Shown here in pieces: positions 1-9,026 of a DNA stretch of 64,000 nucleotides. The notes beneath the pieces are model-generated. The model was not told where the DNA came from. It saw only the letters and a program-made list of their open reading frames with translations, and did not search any database. The translations under genes and the position numbers were made by a program. Every line of letters begins with the position of its first letter. Within the stretch, counting starts at the first letter, position 1. Source of the stretch: Candidatus Eiseniibacteriota bacterium (GTDB lineage: Bacteria > Eisenbacteria > RBG-16-71-46 > SZUA-252); contig OY969801.1 of assembly GCA_963703225.1 (NCBI GenBank), positions 2,336,001 through 2,400,000 on the forward strand. The letters run 5' to 3'.

Positions 1-648
1 TGGAAAGGGGAACGTCGTCGGGATCGTCGCCCCCACGGCGCTCGCGCGGAGCTGCCAATCAAAGCCAAGCCTCTCGTCCTTTCCGAGGACCGATTCAACG
101 AGCTTCGCCTCGATGGTCACCTGCTTCGGCCGCAGATCCATGCTCGCGAGCACCGCGGCGATGCGGTCCACCCGCGCGGGCGTGTCGGTCACGACTAGTG
201 CGTTCGACATGGCGCTCGCGGGTGTCAGGTCCTTCTCGCCGCGGCCGTCGAACGGCTCGGCCGAGCCCTGCTCGCTCAGCATCTTGGAGACCGCGGCCGC
301 GGCGGCGCTCGGGCTCATGTAGCGGAGCGGAAACACGCGAGAGACCGGAGCGGACGGGTTCACGAGGATGACCCGGTCCCGCACCACGTACTCGCAGCCG
401 GTCGCCTGCGCCACGTACTGCAGCGCCTGCTCGACCGTCACCTCATTGAGGTTCGCCGTCAGCGTTCCGCCGACGCTCTCGCCCATCACCACGCTGTACC
501 CAAACTGCGTCGCAACCAGCCGGAGCGCGTCGGCTCCGCGCGCCCCTTTGAAGTTGAACGACGCGGTCTCCGGCGAATCCCCCCAGGCGCCCCACGGCAC
601 CAGGCCGATGCCAGCGACGATCCCCAAGACCGCGACGAGCTTCTTCAT
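1..648 (-). CDS. Secretin of the PilQ/GspD/MshL family, N-terminal part; runs off the window edge
   Basis: Not in the ORF track. Manual translation from ATG 648 gives MKKLVAVLGIVAGIGLVPWGAWG (signal peptide), an STN-like N0 domain, an N3 domain (VFPLRY...SNALVVTDTP) and the secretin-start motif RPKQVTIEAKLVE...LGFDW. ATGA overlap with the upstream gene. Confidence 0.88.
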   Translation of the reverse strand, partial: MKKLVAVLGIVAGIGLVPWGAWGDSPETASFNFKGARGADALRLVATQFGYSVVMGESVGGTLTANLNEVTVEQALQYVAQATGCEYVVRDRVILVNPSAPVSRVFPLRYMSPSAAAAAVSKMLSEQGSAEPFDGRGEKDLTPASAMSNALVVTDTPARVDRIAAVLASMDLRPKQVTIEAKLVESVLGKDERLGFDWQLRASAVGATIPTTFPFP

Positions 649-1148
649 GAACCGTCTCCTTTGAGGGCCAACGTCGTCACGCTCCCGTTTTGGATGAGCA
701 TGACGGTGCGCTTTCCGATGCTGAGCACTTCGTACGGCCCCACGCGCTCCCCTTCGCGGCAAACCTCGCCGTTGATGAGCGCGGTCCGCCCGGTCGGGCC
801 GACCATGATCCCCTGGAGGTAGAACCCGGATCCGGAGGACGTCGGCCTTGCTCCCGGGGCCGCCCGACCGATCGCGTCGTCATCACCCCGGTCCTGGCCC
901 GCGCGCGCGAACGGGTCGCGCCCCCATCCCGAGGGAATGTCTCCCTGGTCCGCGTCCCGATTTCGGTCGGCGAGCGTGGCCGCGGCCGGCGCCAGGGCGA
1001 CCGCCTGCGCCGCCCGCGCTCTCGCGCGCGCCGCCTTCTCCTTCTCGTCGAGCGAGTGGACCCCGAGCAGGGTCACGAGCAGGAGGCCGACGAGGACGTA
1101 GGTCCTCGCGCCGACTCGACCGCTCTGCCCTCCACGAATCCAGTCCAT
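645..1148 (-). CDS. PilP/MshK/GspB-like pilus assembly protein
   Basis: N-terminal TM segment, RDPF motif and C-terminal LQGIM...ALING...EGERV beta domain; lies between PilO and the secretin. Confidence 0.65.
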   Translation of the reverse strand: MDWIRGGQSGRVGARTYVLVGLLLVTLLGVHSLDEKEKAARARARAAQAVALAPAAATLADRNRDADQGDIPSGWGRDPFARAGQDRGDDDAIGRAAPGARPTSSGSGFYLQGIMVGPTGRTALINGEVCREGERVGPYEVLSIGKRTVMLIQNGSVTTLALKGDGS

Positions 1149-1157
1149 CGCGATTCC

Positions 1158-1733
1158 TCAGGGAGTTCCGTAGAGCCAGATCGCCACGTCCGCCACGAGA
1201 TCCGGGTACGTCTCGGCGTCGTATCGAAGCCCGATCGAGCGGACGACCACCAGCTGATCCATCGATTCGATCTCGCGGAGGTACTCGCCCATGTCGCGGT
1301 ACGCGGCGTAGAGGTGAAACCGGAGATCGGCCTTCCGATACGCCACCGGATTCCCCGACGCGTCCGCGACCACTTCGTTGGTGGGCTCCCCTGCCGGCTG
1401 AATGAGCACCGTTCGGACGTGATTCCGATCGGCGATGTCACCGAGCGCGTCGAGAAATTTCGAGACCATTTCCCGCGCGGGCAGAGCCCGCCGCGCCCGG
1501 AAGGTCAGGAGATCCTCGCCGGGATGTTCCTTGGCCCACTGCTCCATCTCCTGGATTCCCTTCTGGAGATCCGTGAGCTGCGTGCTGATCCGAATTCGGT
1601 CCGACTCCAGCACTTTCAACTCCCGAAGCTTGGGATCGACGTAGGTGACGCGCGTGACCCCGATCGAGCCCAAGAGCATCGCCACGATCAGCCCGTGTCC
1701 GATCAAAGGCTGCCGGTGGATGCGAAACGCCAT
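1158..1733 (-). CDS. pilO: PilO/MshJ-like pilus assembly protein
   Basis: One TM segment, coiled coil, then ferredoxin-like domain (AAYRDMGEYLREIESMDQLVVV); operon position. Confidence 0.75.
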   Translation of the reverse strand: MAFRIHRQPLIGHGLIVAMLLGSIGVTRVTYVDPKLRELKVLESDRIRISTQLTDLQKGIQEMEQWAKEHPGEDLLTFRARRALPAREMVSKFLDALGDIADRNHVRTVLIQPAGEPTNEVVADASGNPVAYRKADLRFHLYAAYRDMGEYLREIESMDQLVVVRSIGLRYDAETYPDLVADVAIWLYGTP

Positions 1734-1740
1734 CGCCGCC

Positions 1741-3519
1741 CTACTCCGCCAGCTCAGCGGTTAGGGTGAAGCTGCTGAGCGAGGCGGAAACACGCTCGCT
1801 GCCCTCCAGCTGAACCTGATCCACCACGTGCGACCGCGACAGCACGTCCATGAGCTCCGCCAGTCCCTTCTCGGTCCGCTCCACCTTCGTCCTCAGAAGC
1901 CCGTAGAGCCGAAGCCGCCGATGCGGCGGCGCGGCACCCGGCTGGGCGTTCGGCTGCGGGACTGGGTCGAGAACCTCGAGCGCCGTGAGGCGCGCGTCCG
2001 GTCCGATCCGGTGGCTCATGTCGCGCAGCACGTACGACCAGAGCACTTGTCCGCCCGACAGCCGGGCCAACAGGTCCTGCAGCCGGGTCTCTTCCTCCCG
2101 GGCCGCGCGAAACCGCCGGAGCGCATCGGTCCGCGGCTCCAGGGCGACCAATTCCTTCTGGAGGCTCGTCACCTGCTGGCGCTCCCTGAGGACGCTCACT
2201 TCGGCCGGCAGCGAGACCGAAAGGAGCAGCATCGCCGCGATTCCGACCGCGATCCGCTGCGGCACGGCCTCGGCCAACCGGTAGGAAAACCCGGCTCCCG
2301 GAGGCTCCAGGAAATTCAGCGAGCCCTTTCGAAGCGAGCAGAGTCCGACCGCCAGCTCCGACACCCGCTCGGAGAGCCGGGGCTCAGAAGCCCCCGCCAC
2401 CCGCGCCATGCCCAGCGCCTCATGGGCTAGATCGGCCACTTCCACCGGTATCTCAAGTATTCCCGTCAGATAGGCCGGCAGGTTTCGGACCAGGGATCCC
2501 TCCCCCAGAAGGACGACCCGGGTCACGGCCTCGCCCAGGAATTGCTCGTTGCAGTAGTCGAACGAGTTGAGGAGCTCCCGGACCAGCCTCTCCAAGACGG
2601 GTCGGAGCATGACCGACACGGCGGAAAGCGGGATCGCGCCGGCCGCTTCGACTTCCTCGGCCCCGTACGGGATCCCCCACGTCTGCTTGAGGTGCTCCGC
2701 CTCTTCCTCGGAAAGGTCGACCGTGCCCTGCCCGGGCACCACGATCGATCGGAGGGCGTCCGTAAGGGTGCTGCTGCCGATCGCGAACTCGCGGATGAAG
2801 CGGATCTCGTCGCCCTTGAGGACGACGATTTGGCTTTGGCGCACCCCCAGGTCGAGGTAGGCGACGACCTCCTGGGTGCCGGTTCGCTCGAGAGATTGGA
2901 GCAGGGACCGAAGCCCGATCGGCCGGATCGTGACCGCGACCGGGCGAAGCCCCGCGTGTTCCAGAATGACCCTCGCGTCCTCGACCGCGCGGCGCTGGGC
3001 GACGGCCACCAGGAGCTGGAGGCCGGTCTCCGCGTTCGCCGTTGTGGAGTTCAGGATCTCGTAGCGGATTTCGGCGTCTTCGATCGGAAAGGGGACGTGC
3101 TTGCGGCACTCGAGCGCCAGCGCCGGGAGGATCTCGGACCGCCGCATGAAGGGGAGGGCGAGCCGCCGGACGACCAGATCATTCCCTTCCAGCGAGGCCG
3201 CGGCCGGCTTCCCCTTGAGACCCAGCTGGGCCACGACGTCCCGCAGCGCCGATTGGAGCGCGAAGCGGTGCGCCGTCGGCCTTGATTCACCGGCCGCGAG
3301 CTTCCGCTCCACGGCGTCAAAGCGATGGACGTGCTTTCCCCGTCGAACGAGGTGGGCCAGGTGGAGCGAGTGCTGTCCCAGGTCGACTCCGACGAGGTCG
3401 CGCCATGGACCCCGCAGGAGACGTTCCGCCTCGGCGCCGACGCCGCTCAGCCCTGGAATGGTCGGCATCTTGGCGACGGAAAGTCCCCGCCACAGCTCTC
3501 CGAGCTTCTTCTGATCCAC
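1741..3519 (-). CDS. pilM: PilM-PilN fusion protein
   Basis: Actin-like PilM motifs (VGVDLG, YLDLG, LLGEGS), then PilN-like SLNFLEP, a TM helix, coiled coil and periplasmic domain, all in one 592-aa frame. Confidence 0.82.
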   Translation of the reverse strand: MDQKKLGELWRGLSVAKMPTIPGLSGVGAEAERLLRGPWRDLVGVDLGQHSLHLAHLVRRGKHVHRFDAVERKLAAGESRPTAHRFALQSALRDVVAQLGLKGKPAAASLEGNDLVVRRLALPFMRRSEILPALALECRKHVPFPIEDAEIRYEILNSTTANAETGLQLLVAVAQRRAVEDARVILEHAGLRPVAVTIRPIGLRSLLQSLERTGTQEVVAYLDLGVRQSQIVVLKGDEIRFIREFAIGSSTLTDALRSIVVPGQGTVDLSEEEAEHLKQTWGIPYGAEEVEAAGAIPLSAVSVMLRPVLERLVRELLNSFDYCNEQFLGEAVTRVVLLGEGSLVRNLPAYLTGILEIPVEVADLAHEALGMARVAGASEPRLSERVSELAVGLCSLRKGSLNFLEPPGAGFSYRLAEAVPQRIAVGIAAMLLLSVSLPAEVSVLRERQQVTSLQKELVALEPRTDALRRFRAAREEETRLQDLLARLSGGQVLWSYVLRDMSHRIGPDARLTALEVLDPVPQPNAQPGAAPPHRRLRLYGLLRTKVERTEKGLAELMDVLSRSHVVDQVQLEGSERVSASLSSFTLTAELAE

Positions 3520-3528
3520 GTCCCCCTC

Positions 3529-5010
3529 CTAGATCCGGGTCTCGACCCAAGCCACAACGGCGAGGAGACCGGTCACCCTCCGAACACGGTCGTTTCCTCG
3601 ATCGGCGACGTAGTAGACGCCGGTCGACGAAACGGTGATGCCACCCGGCGTGGTGAACCGGGCCGCCGTCGCGGGCCCACCGTCGCCCGAGAAGCCCGAC
3701 GTGCCGGTGCCGGCGATCGTGCTGATCAGACCTGAGGCAGCCTGCACGCGCCGCACCCGCCGGTTGCCGGTATCCGCGATGTAGAGATCCCCCAGGGGTC
3801 CCATGTCGACTCCCTCCGGCGCGTCGAGTCGGGCCGAAGTCGCGGGTCCACCGTCGCCCAGAAATCCCGCCGTGCCGGTCCCCGCGTATGTGGTGATCAC
3901 GCCGGTCGCGGCGGCGACTTTCCGGACGACGTCGTTGCCCGTGTCGGCGACGTAGAGATCGCCATTCGTGTCGAGGGTGAGTCCTTCGGGGGTCCGGAGC
4001 CGGGCCGAGGTGGCCGCTCCTCCGTCTCCCGTGTATCCGGCCGTCCCGGTGCCCGCGTACGCGGTGATGATCCCGGTCGCCGCGGTGACCTTTCGGACGC
4101 GGTCATTCGGCCGATCGCTGAGGTAGATGTCGCCGTTCGCGGCGACGACGACCGCGCGGGGGGAGTTGAGCTTGGCCGCAGTGGCGGGCCCCCCGTCCCC
4201 GGTGTTTCCCGAGGTCCCGTCGCCGACCACCGTGGTGATCACGCCCGTCGCCGCGGTCACCTTGCGAATCTTCCGGCTGCCCGTGTCGGCGATGTAGAGA
4301 TCGCCGTTCGACGCCACGAAGACGTCCTGCGGGCCGTCGAGCAGCGCCAACGTCGCCGCGCCCCCGTCGCCCGAGCTGCCCGCGGTGCCCGTTCCCGCCA
4401 CGGTGGTGATGACGCCGGTGATGAAATCGACCTTCCGGATCACATTGTTCCCGGTGTCCGCGAAGTAGAGGTTGCCGTTCGCGGCGACCCCGAGGCCCTC
4501 GGGGTTTCGGACCCGGGCCGAGGTGGCCGCGCCGCCATCGCCGGTGTAGCCCTGCGTCCCCGTCCCCGCATAGGTGGAGATCGTGCCGGGGGTCACGTGG
4601 AGCTGGATCGCTCGGGTGGCGTTTCCCACGACCCCGGTCGAGATGATCCGCTTCTGGCCCGAGGGGAGCGGCGCCCCGGTCTCGTCCAACGTGTCGGGCG
4701 GGGCCACCGTGAACGACCCTGCCCCGACGTTTTTCCCGGGAGACGCGAGTCCCGTCCATGCCCAGCTCGCTCCCAGCTTCAAGATCGCGTACTCCGCCCC
4801 CGCGTGGGCGGCATAGAAGGCCTGGTTCGACTGCACGACGTTGGTGCCCAGCTCGGAGTCCTCCACGACGAGCGTGACCAGCGCCAGGCCCAGCACCATG
4901 AGGATCAGAACTGTCGTCACAGCCAGGACGATGGAAAAGCCGGAGTCGGGCCGGATCGATCCGCGGTCCACGCCCGTCGGTTCGATGGCCTCCGCGCGGC
5001 GCGCGCTCAC
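3529..5010 (-). CDS. PilX-like minor pilin fused to an NHL-repeat beta-propeller (candidate tip adhesin)
   Basis: GTG 5010 overlaps the upstream stop. SG|FSIVLAV class III signal lacking Glu5, PilX motif QAFYAAHAG, then six ~57-aa NHL repeats (AGTGTAGYTGDGGAATSA...LYIADTGN). Confidence 0.85.
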   Translation of the reverse strand: MSARRAEAIEPTGVDRGSIRPDSGFSIVLAVTTVLILMVLGLALVTLVVEDSELGTNVVQSNQAFYAAHAGAEYAILKLGASWAWTGLASPGKNVGAGSFTVAPPDTLDETGAPLPSGQKRIISTGVVGNATRAIQLHVTPGTISTYAGTGTQGYTGDGGAATSARVRNPEGLGVAANGNLYFADTGNNVIRKVDFITGVITTVAGTGTAGSSGDGGAATLALLDGPQDVFVASNGDLYIADTGSRKIRKVTAATGVITTVVGDGTSGNTGDGGPATAAKLNSPRAVVVAANGDIYLSDRPNDRVRKVTAATGIITAYAGTGTAGYTGDGGAATSARLRTPEGLTLDTNGDLYVADTGNDVVRKVAAATGVITTYAGTGTAGFLGDGGPATSARLDAPEGVDMGPLGDLYIADTGNRRVRRVQAASGLISTIAGTGTSGFSGDGGPATAARFTTPGGITVSSTGVYYVADRGNDRVRRVTGLLAVVAWVETRI

Positions 5011-5525
5011 AGGGACCTCACGAACGTCGCCGTCGAGGTCGTGACGGTCTGCCCCGACTTGGCCAACCGGAGATAGGTGGTGACCCGCCAGATGTCGGTC
5101 GCGGATGGCGAGAGGACCGGCGTGGCCGCGGCGCCGTTGGTCTTCCAGTAGCCGAACGCGAGCGAATCGACCCCCGAGGCCAGGACGCGCGCCGTGCCGT
5201 TCTTGGTGTAGGTCAAGCTCGACCCCTTCACGCCGTTCCACGAGATGCTGATCGTAGCCGCGTCTCGGTCGACGAACGTGAACGTCGTAGCCGAAGCCGC
5301 CGTGATGCTCGTGTTGTTCCTCACGCGCTTGAACTCCCTTGTCATCCGCTCCTGGGCGTACCGGGCCTCCTGGAGCGTGTCCTTCTCGACGTCGATGTAC
5401 TGGTACGACCGGACGGCCTCGATGAACATCTTCGAGAAGACCATCCCCGCGATCGACACGATCACGATCACGATGATCAGCTCGGGCAACGTGAATCCCG
5501 CGTCCCGGCGCCGCCTTGACCTCAA
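5007..5525 (-). CDS. Minor pilin (PilW/MshO-like)
   Basis: DAG|FTLPELIIVIVIVSI prepilin motif. Start at TTG 5525 (overlaps upstream stop) or ATG 5540. Confidence 0.85.
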   Translation of the reverse strand: MRSRRRRDAGFTLPELIIVIVIVSIAGMVFSKMFIEAVRSYQYIDVEKDTLQEARYAQERMTREFKRVRNNTSITAASATTFTFVDRDAATISISWNGVKGSSLTYTKNGTARVLASGVDSLAFGYWKTNGAAATPVLSPSATDIWRVTTYLRLAKSGQTVTTSTATFVRSL

Positions 5526-5908
5526 TACGTCGTGAACCATGTCGTGAGCGTCACCGGCGCTATGTTCGGGCAGTTGACGGTCACGCTCACCGTCCGAAAC
5601 GTCACGCCGTCATAGGTGGAATCGGGTGCGAACGAGACCGACCGGCTGTAGCCGGGAAACGCCACGACCGGGCTTTCGGCCGGGTAGTTTCCCGCGACCA
5701 GAAACGTGATCCCCCGGAGCGGGGAGTTCTTGTCCGCGACGATCTCCTCCATCTTCGCCTGCGCCAGCTGGGCGGCGACGGTCGCGTTGCGCGCGTCCCC
5801 GGAGCGGATCGACGCGTTCGCGAAGAGCATGCTGAGCGGGAGCACCGCCACCGCCGCGATCACGATGACCAGGACGACCTCGATGAGCGTGAATCCCGAC
5901 GACTTCAT
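5522..5908 (-). CDS. Minor pilin (PilV/MshD-like)
   Basis: MKSSG|FTLIEVVLVIVI from ATG 5908 with ATGA coupling; the 418-aa ORF-track version is over-extended. Confidence 0.87.
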   Translation of the reverse strand: MKSSGFTLIEVVLVIVIAAVAVLPLSMLFANASIRSGDARNATVAAQLAQAKMEEIVADKNSPLRGITFLVAGNYPAESPVVAFPGYSRSVSFAPDSTYDGVTFRTVSVTVNCPNIAPVTLTTWFTTY

Positions 5909-6405
5909 CGCACGCTCACTTTGCCGGTCGTGGGTGTCACGTCGATCGTGTCGGAAGCCCCCTGATAGGTCAGCACCACGCGTCCGGTCGCGGCCAGGTC
6001 GACCCCCGCCGTATCCCGGGGCACGCCGAAGTAGTCGAAGGTGATGCCCGGCGTCGTGCCGAACGTCGCGGACGAGATCGCCACCCCCTTGAACGCGGGC
6101 GACGAGTTGAAGTCGACGCGGAGGGTCTGGGCGCGATCGGCCGGGTCGGTGACGGGAGACGCCACGTTCGGTGCGAAGACGGTGTAGCGCCCCGCGGCGG
6201 GCTCGAAGAGGACGCCATGCACAACCCGCCGCCCGATGGCTCGGTTCTGCGCGTAACGAAGATCGGAGGCAACGCGTCGAGCCGCGGCGTCGAGCTTGAT
6301 CTCGTAATAGGGCGCGAGCTTGGGATAGGCGATCCAGGCCACGATGCCCAGGATCGTGATCACGATCGTAAGCTCGATCATCGTGACGCCCTGACGGCCG
6401 TTCAT
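5905..6405 (-). CDS. Minor pilin (GspH/FimT/MshC-like)
   Basis: MNGRQG|VTMIELTIVITILG plus DLRYAQNRA and ITFDYFGVP motifs; ATG 6405 coupled to the upstream stop. Confidence 0.87.
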   Translation of the reverse strand: MNGRQGVTMIELTIVITILGIVAWIAYPKLAPYYEIKLDAAARRVASDLRYAQNRAIGRRVVHGVLFEPAAGRYTVFAPNVASPVTDPADRAQTLRVDFNSSPAFKGVAISSATFGTTPGITFDYFGVPRDTAGVDLAATGRVVLTYQGASDTIDVTPTTGKVSVR

Positions 6406-8405
6406 CCCGCACGCCCCCTCCACTGCCGCGCGCGCTCCTCGTCGCCGGCCAAAGTCCAGGCTCGCGCCGCGTCCAAGGCGAGAGCCGGTACCGGGCCGAC
6501 GCGGTACGCCCTCTCAAACCAGAGCGCGGCGTCGCGGTACTGTCCGGCGGCGGCGAGAAAGACCGCGAGCCGCGCGGCGGGATCGGGATCGAGCGGCGCG
6601 ATCGACCGCGCCGCCAAGAGCTCGGAGAGGGCCAGCTCTGGCTTTCCGACCGCCGCGGCGGCGGTCGCCAGGTTGAGGCGCGCCCCCACGTTGTCAAAGC
6701 CGACCGCCGCGGCGTCGGAGAACCACGCGAACGCCTCGGCCCGCCGCCCCTGCTCCCAGAGCGCGCGCGCCGCGGCATCCGAGTAGCTCACGGCCATCTT
6801 CCGGGTAACGTAGTCGTATCGATCGGGCCCGCCCGGGAGAAGGTCGGTGCTCCGGGGCCACCCCGCGGGGGGAAGCCACGCCGGGTCGTCCGGCAACTTG
6901 GCGCCGGTGGCATCACCCCCATCGTCGCGGGTACGGGCCGCTCGATGGACCAACCCCGCGGCCACGAACCGTACCCCCGCGGCGGAGAGATCGGCGGGCG
7001 GCGTCGCGTAGTAGATCGGGCGCTCGGCCCTCTCCAATCGCACAAGGTCGGCTTCGTGGGCCACCTCCACCCACCGCGACCGAGGAACTCCGCGAAGCCC
7101 GTAGGGATCTCCAAAGAGATAGCCCCGTCGGTGAATGAGCTGGACGTCGGGACGGAGGTGCTCGATCCGGGTCGCGTAGGCGGCGAGGAAGGTCTCGTTG
7201 TCGCCGTCCAGGATCAAGGTCGAGCCCGATGGCAAGTCCCGGACGAGGTCACGGCCGTACCGCTCGGCGAGACGGAACGCGGTCCGGTCGCAGGCCCGCG
7301 AGTGGACCACGACGGTCAAGAGCGCGCACGCGCCGAGGGCGGACGCGACCCCCACACGCCAGCCGCCAGGAGCGCGGCGCATGACGGCGGCGGCGCCGAA
7401 GCCCGCGGCGAGACAAAGCGCCGCGGCGACCGGAGCGAGAAACGGCGTGACTTGCGCGAAGTGCTCGGCGTCCGGTGTGAAAACGAGGAGACCGGCGAGC
7501 GCCGCAGGGATGGTGGCGGCTGAGAGCAGCACGAATCGAAAGCCCGGGACCGCGTGCCGGATGCGAAACAGACCCCACGAGGCGAGGAGCGCGGCCGGGA
7601 TGCCCAGTCCCTTGACGACCAGCGCGCCCATTCCCGCGAGTTCGGACAGCACGAGGTCGAGACGAAACGCGTTCTGATGGAGCCCGCCGTAGTTTCGCCT
7701 CAGGAAGTGGTTCACGGCCGCGGCGACCCCTCGCTCCTGGTCCCACGAATACGCCGGCCCCGCCCCCGCGCGGAGCGGCAGGAAGAAGAAGAGGGTGAAT
7801 CCGAGAGCGGCCCAGCCGGCGGCTCGGACCAACCGCCCGGACTTAGCACCGGACGCGACCACCCAGAAGGCGAGCAGGGCCGCCGGGAAGGCGAGAGTCT
7901 GGTGCGCGAGGGGGGAGAGCCCCGCCGCGAAGAAGAAGAGCGCGTCGGCCCTCGGAGAGGGGGACGGACCGCTCCGCGCTCGGAGGGCGAGGAGACAGAG
8001 GCCCACGAAGAAGAGCGTCGCGAGCGGGTAGACCTCCGCCTCGACCGCGGATCGCCAGACGAGTGTGGACGCCCCGAAGAAGGCGGTCGCGAGCGCGGCC
8101 TCGCGGCGCGGAAGGCTGAGCCGCACGGCCAGAAGGTAGAAGAGACCGACCGCGGCCGCCGAGAGGAGCGCGGAAAGAGCGTTCACCCGCCACGCGACCG
8201 CGCCGAAGGGGGCCAGCGCTGCCATGCGAGCGAGCAGAAGCCAGAGCGGGTATCCAGGTGGATGCGGGACACTCAGCGAATCGGCCGCGAGGACAAGCTC
8301 CCCGCTATCGCCCGCGCCCACCGTGGGCGCGAGCGTCGCGCCATAAACGAGAGCCGCGATCGCCGCGGCGGCGAGGCTAGAAGCCCCCGCGCGGGTCCAG
8401 CGCAT
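6402..8405 (-). CDS. DUF2723/TMEM260-like GT-C glycosyltransferase with C-terminal TPR-like region
   Basis: Signature GDSGEL...HPPGYPLW, AEVY and GDNETF motifs; many TM helices; C-terminal helical repeats. Confidence 0.85.
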   Translation of the reverse strand: MRWTRAGASSLAAAAIAALVYGATLAPTVGAGDSGELVLAADSLSVPHPPGYPLWLLLARMAALAPFGAVAWRVNALSALLSAAAVGLFYLLAVRLSLPRREAALATAFFGASTLVWRSAVEAEVYPLATLFFVGLCLLALRARSGPSPSPRADALFFFAAGLSPLAHQTLAFPAALLAFWVVASGAKSGRLVRAAGWAALGFTLFFFLPLRAGAGPAYSWDQERGVAAAVNHFLRRNYGGLHQNAFRLDLVLSELAGMGALVVKGLGIPAALLASWGLFRIRHAVPGFRFVLLSAATIPAALAGLLVFTPDAEHFAQVTPFLAPVAAALCLAAGFGAAAVMRRAPGGWRVGVASALGACALLTVVVHSRACDRTAFRLAERYGRDLVRDLPSGSTLILDGDNETFLAAYATRIEHLRPDVQLIHRRGYLFGDPYGLRGVPRSRWVEVAHEADLVRLERAERPIYYATPPADLSAAGVRFVAAGLVHRAARTRDDGGDATGAKLPDDPAWLPPAGWPRSTDLLPGGPDRYDYVTRKMAVSYSDAAARALWEQGRRAEAFAWFSDAAAVGFDNVGARLNLATAAAAVGKPELALSELLAARSIAPLDPDPAARLAVFLAAAGQYRDAALWFERAYRVGPVPALALDAARAWTLAGDEERARQWRGRAG

Positions 8406-8508
8406 ATGTTCGGCCCGGCAAGCCGGGCGCGTTCCCCCGTGGTTGGGTCAGACGGCGAAGCGGAGCCTCACCGTACCGACGTGTTGTCTTGCCGTTGCGA
8501 CAATCCGA

Positions 8509-8895
8509 TCAATACGAGGAATACGCGTTCAGATTGACCTTCACGATGCCCGTCGCCGAGACGTACTGCCAGCCGCCCGCGTTGTCGACGCCCGCGGTCG
8601 TCTTCACGGCGTTCGATGGGGTGACCGGCTCCCTCGGGACGTTGCCGTCCGCGAAGATCGTGCCGTCCAGGGTCGGGAACGCCGCGCCTCCGTTGAGCGC
8701 GTTCCGCGCGTACTGGATCGCGATCGCCGAGCGAATGGAGCCCAGCTGGCCGCGAATGGTGGCGACGCGGGCCTGCTCACGCATGTCCTCGTACTTGGGA
8801 ATGGCGACGGCGGCGAGGATTCCCAGGATCACGATCACGATGACCAGCTCGATGAGCGTGAAGCCTGCTTCGGACTGCTTGCGATCCAGAACCAT
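8509..8895 (-). CDS. Major type IV pilin (MshA/PilA-like)
   Basis: Strong RBS AAGGAGG before ATG 8895; EAG|FTLIELVIVIVILGILAAVAIPKY; 117-aa mature protein. Confidence 0.9.
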   Translation of the reverse strand: MVLDRKQSEAGFTLIELVIVIVILGILAAVAIPKYEDMREQARVATIRGQLGSIRSAIAIQYARNALNGGAAFPTLDGTIFADGNVPREPVTPSNAVKTTAGVDNAGGWQYVSATGIVKVNLNAYSSY

Positions 8896-8923
8896 GCTCC
8901 AAACCTCCTTGAGGGTATCCCTT

Positions 8924-9003
8924 TGGCTAGCCCCGCCCCCCTGGGCCAATACGCAGACCGGGGCTTCGCGACCCCATCTCCATCGACCGGAATGGGGTCC
9001 TTC
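8924..9003 (-). promoter_or_regulatory. Structured 5' leader of the major pilin resembling a degenerate c-di-GMP-I (GEMM) riboswitch
   Basis: Minus strand: hairpin GACCCCAUUCC/GGAGAUGGGGUC, junction GCGA, second helix AGCCCCG...CGGGGCU, then AGCC. Resembles GEMM GGGACGCAAAGCC..GGNCU..GCGGGGUUACC but lacks a GNRA loop. Confidence 0.35.
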
Positions 9004-9026
9004 TTGAGTGCAGAATCCACGACCGC

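Noticed and set aside
8509..8895. Major pilin as a conductive e-pilin linked to the nearby cytochrome
   Set aside because: Full-length 117-aa pilin with only 9 aromatic residues and long aromatic-free gaps.
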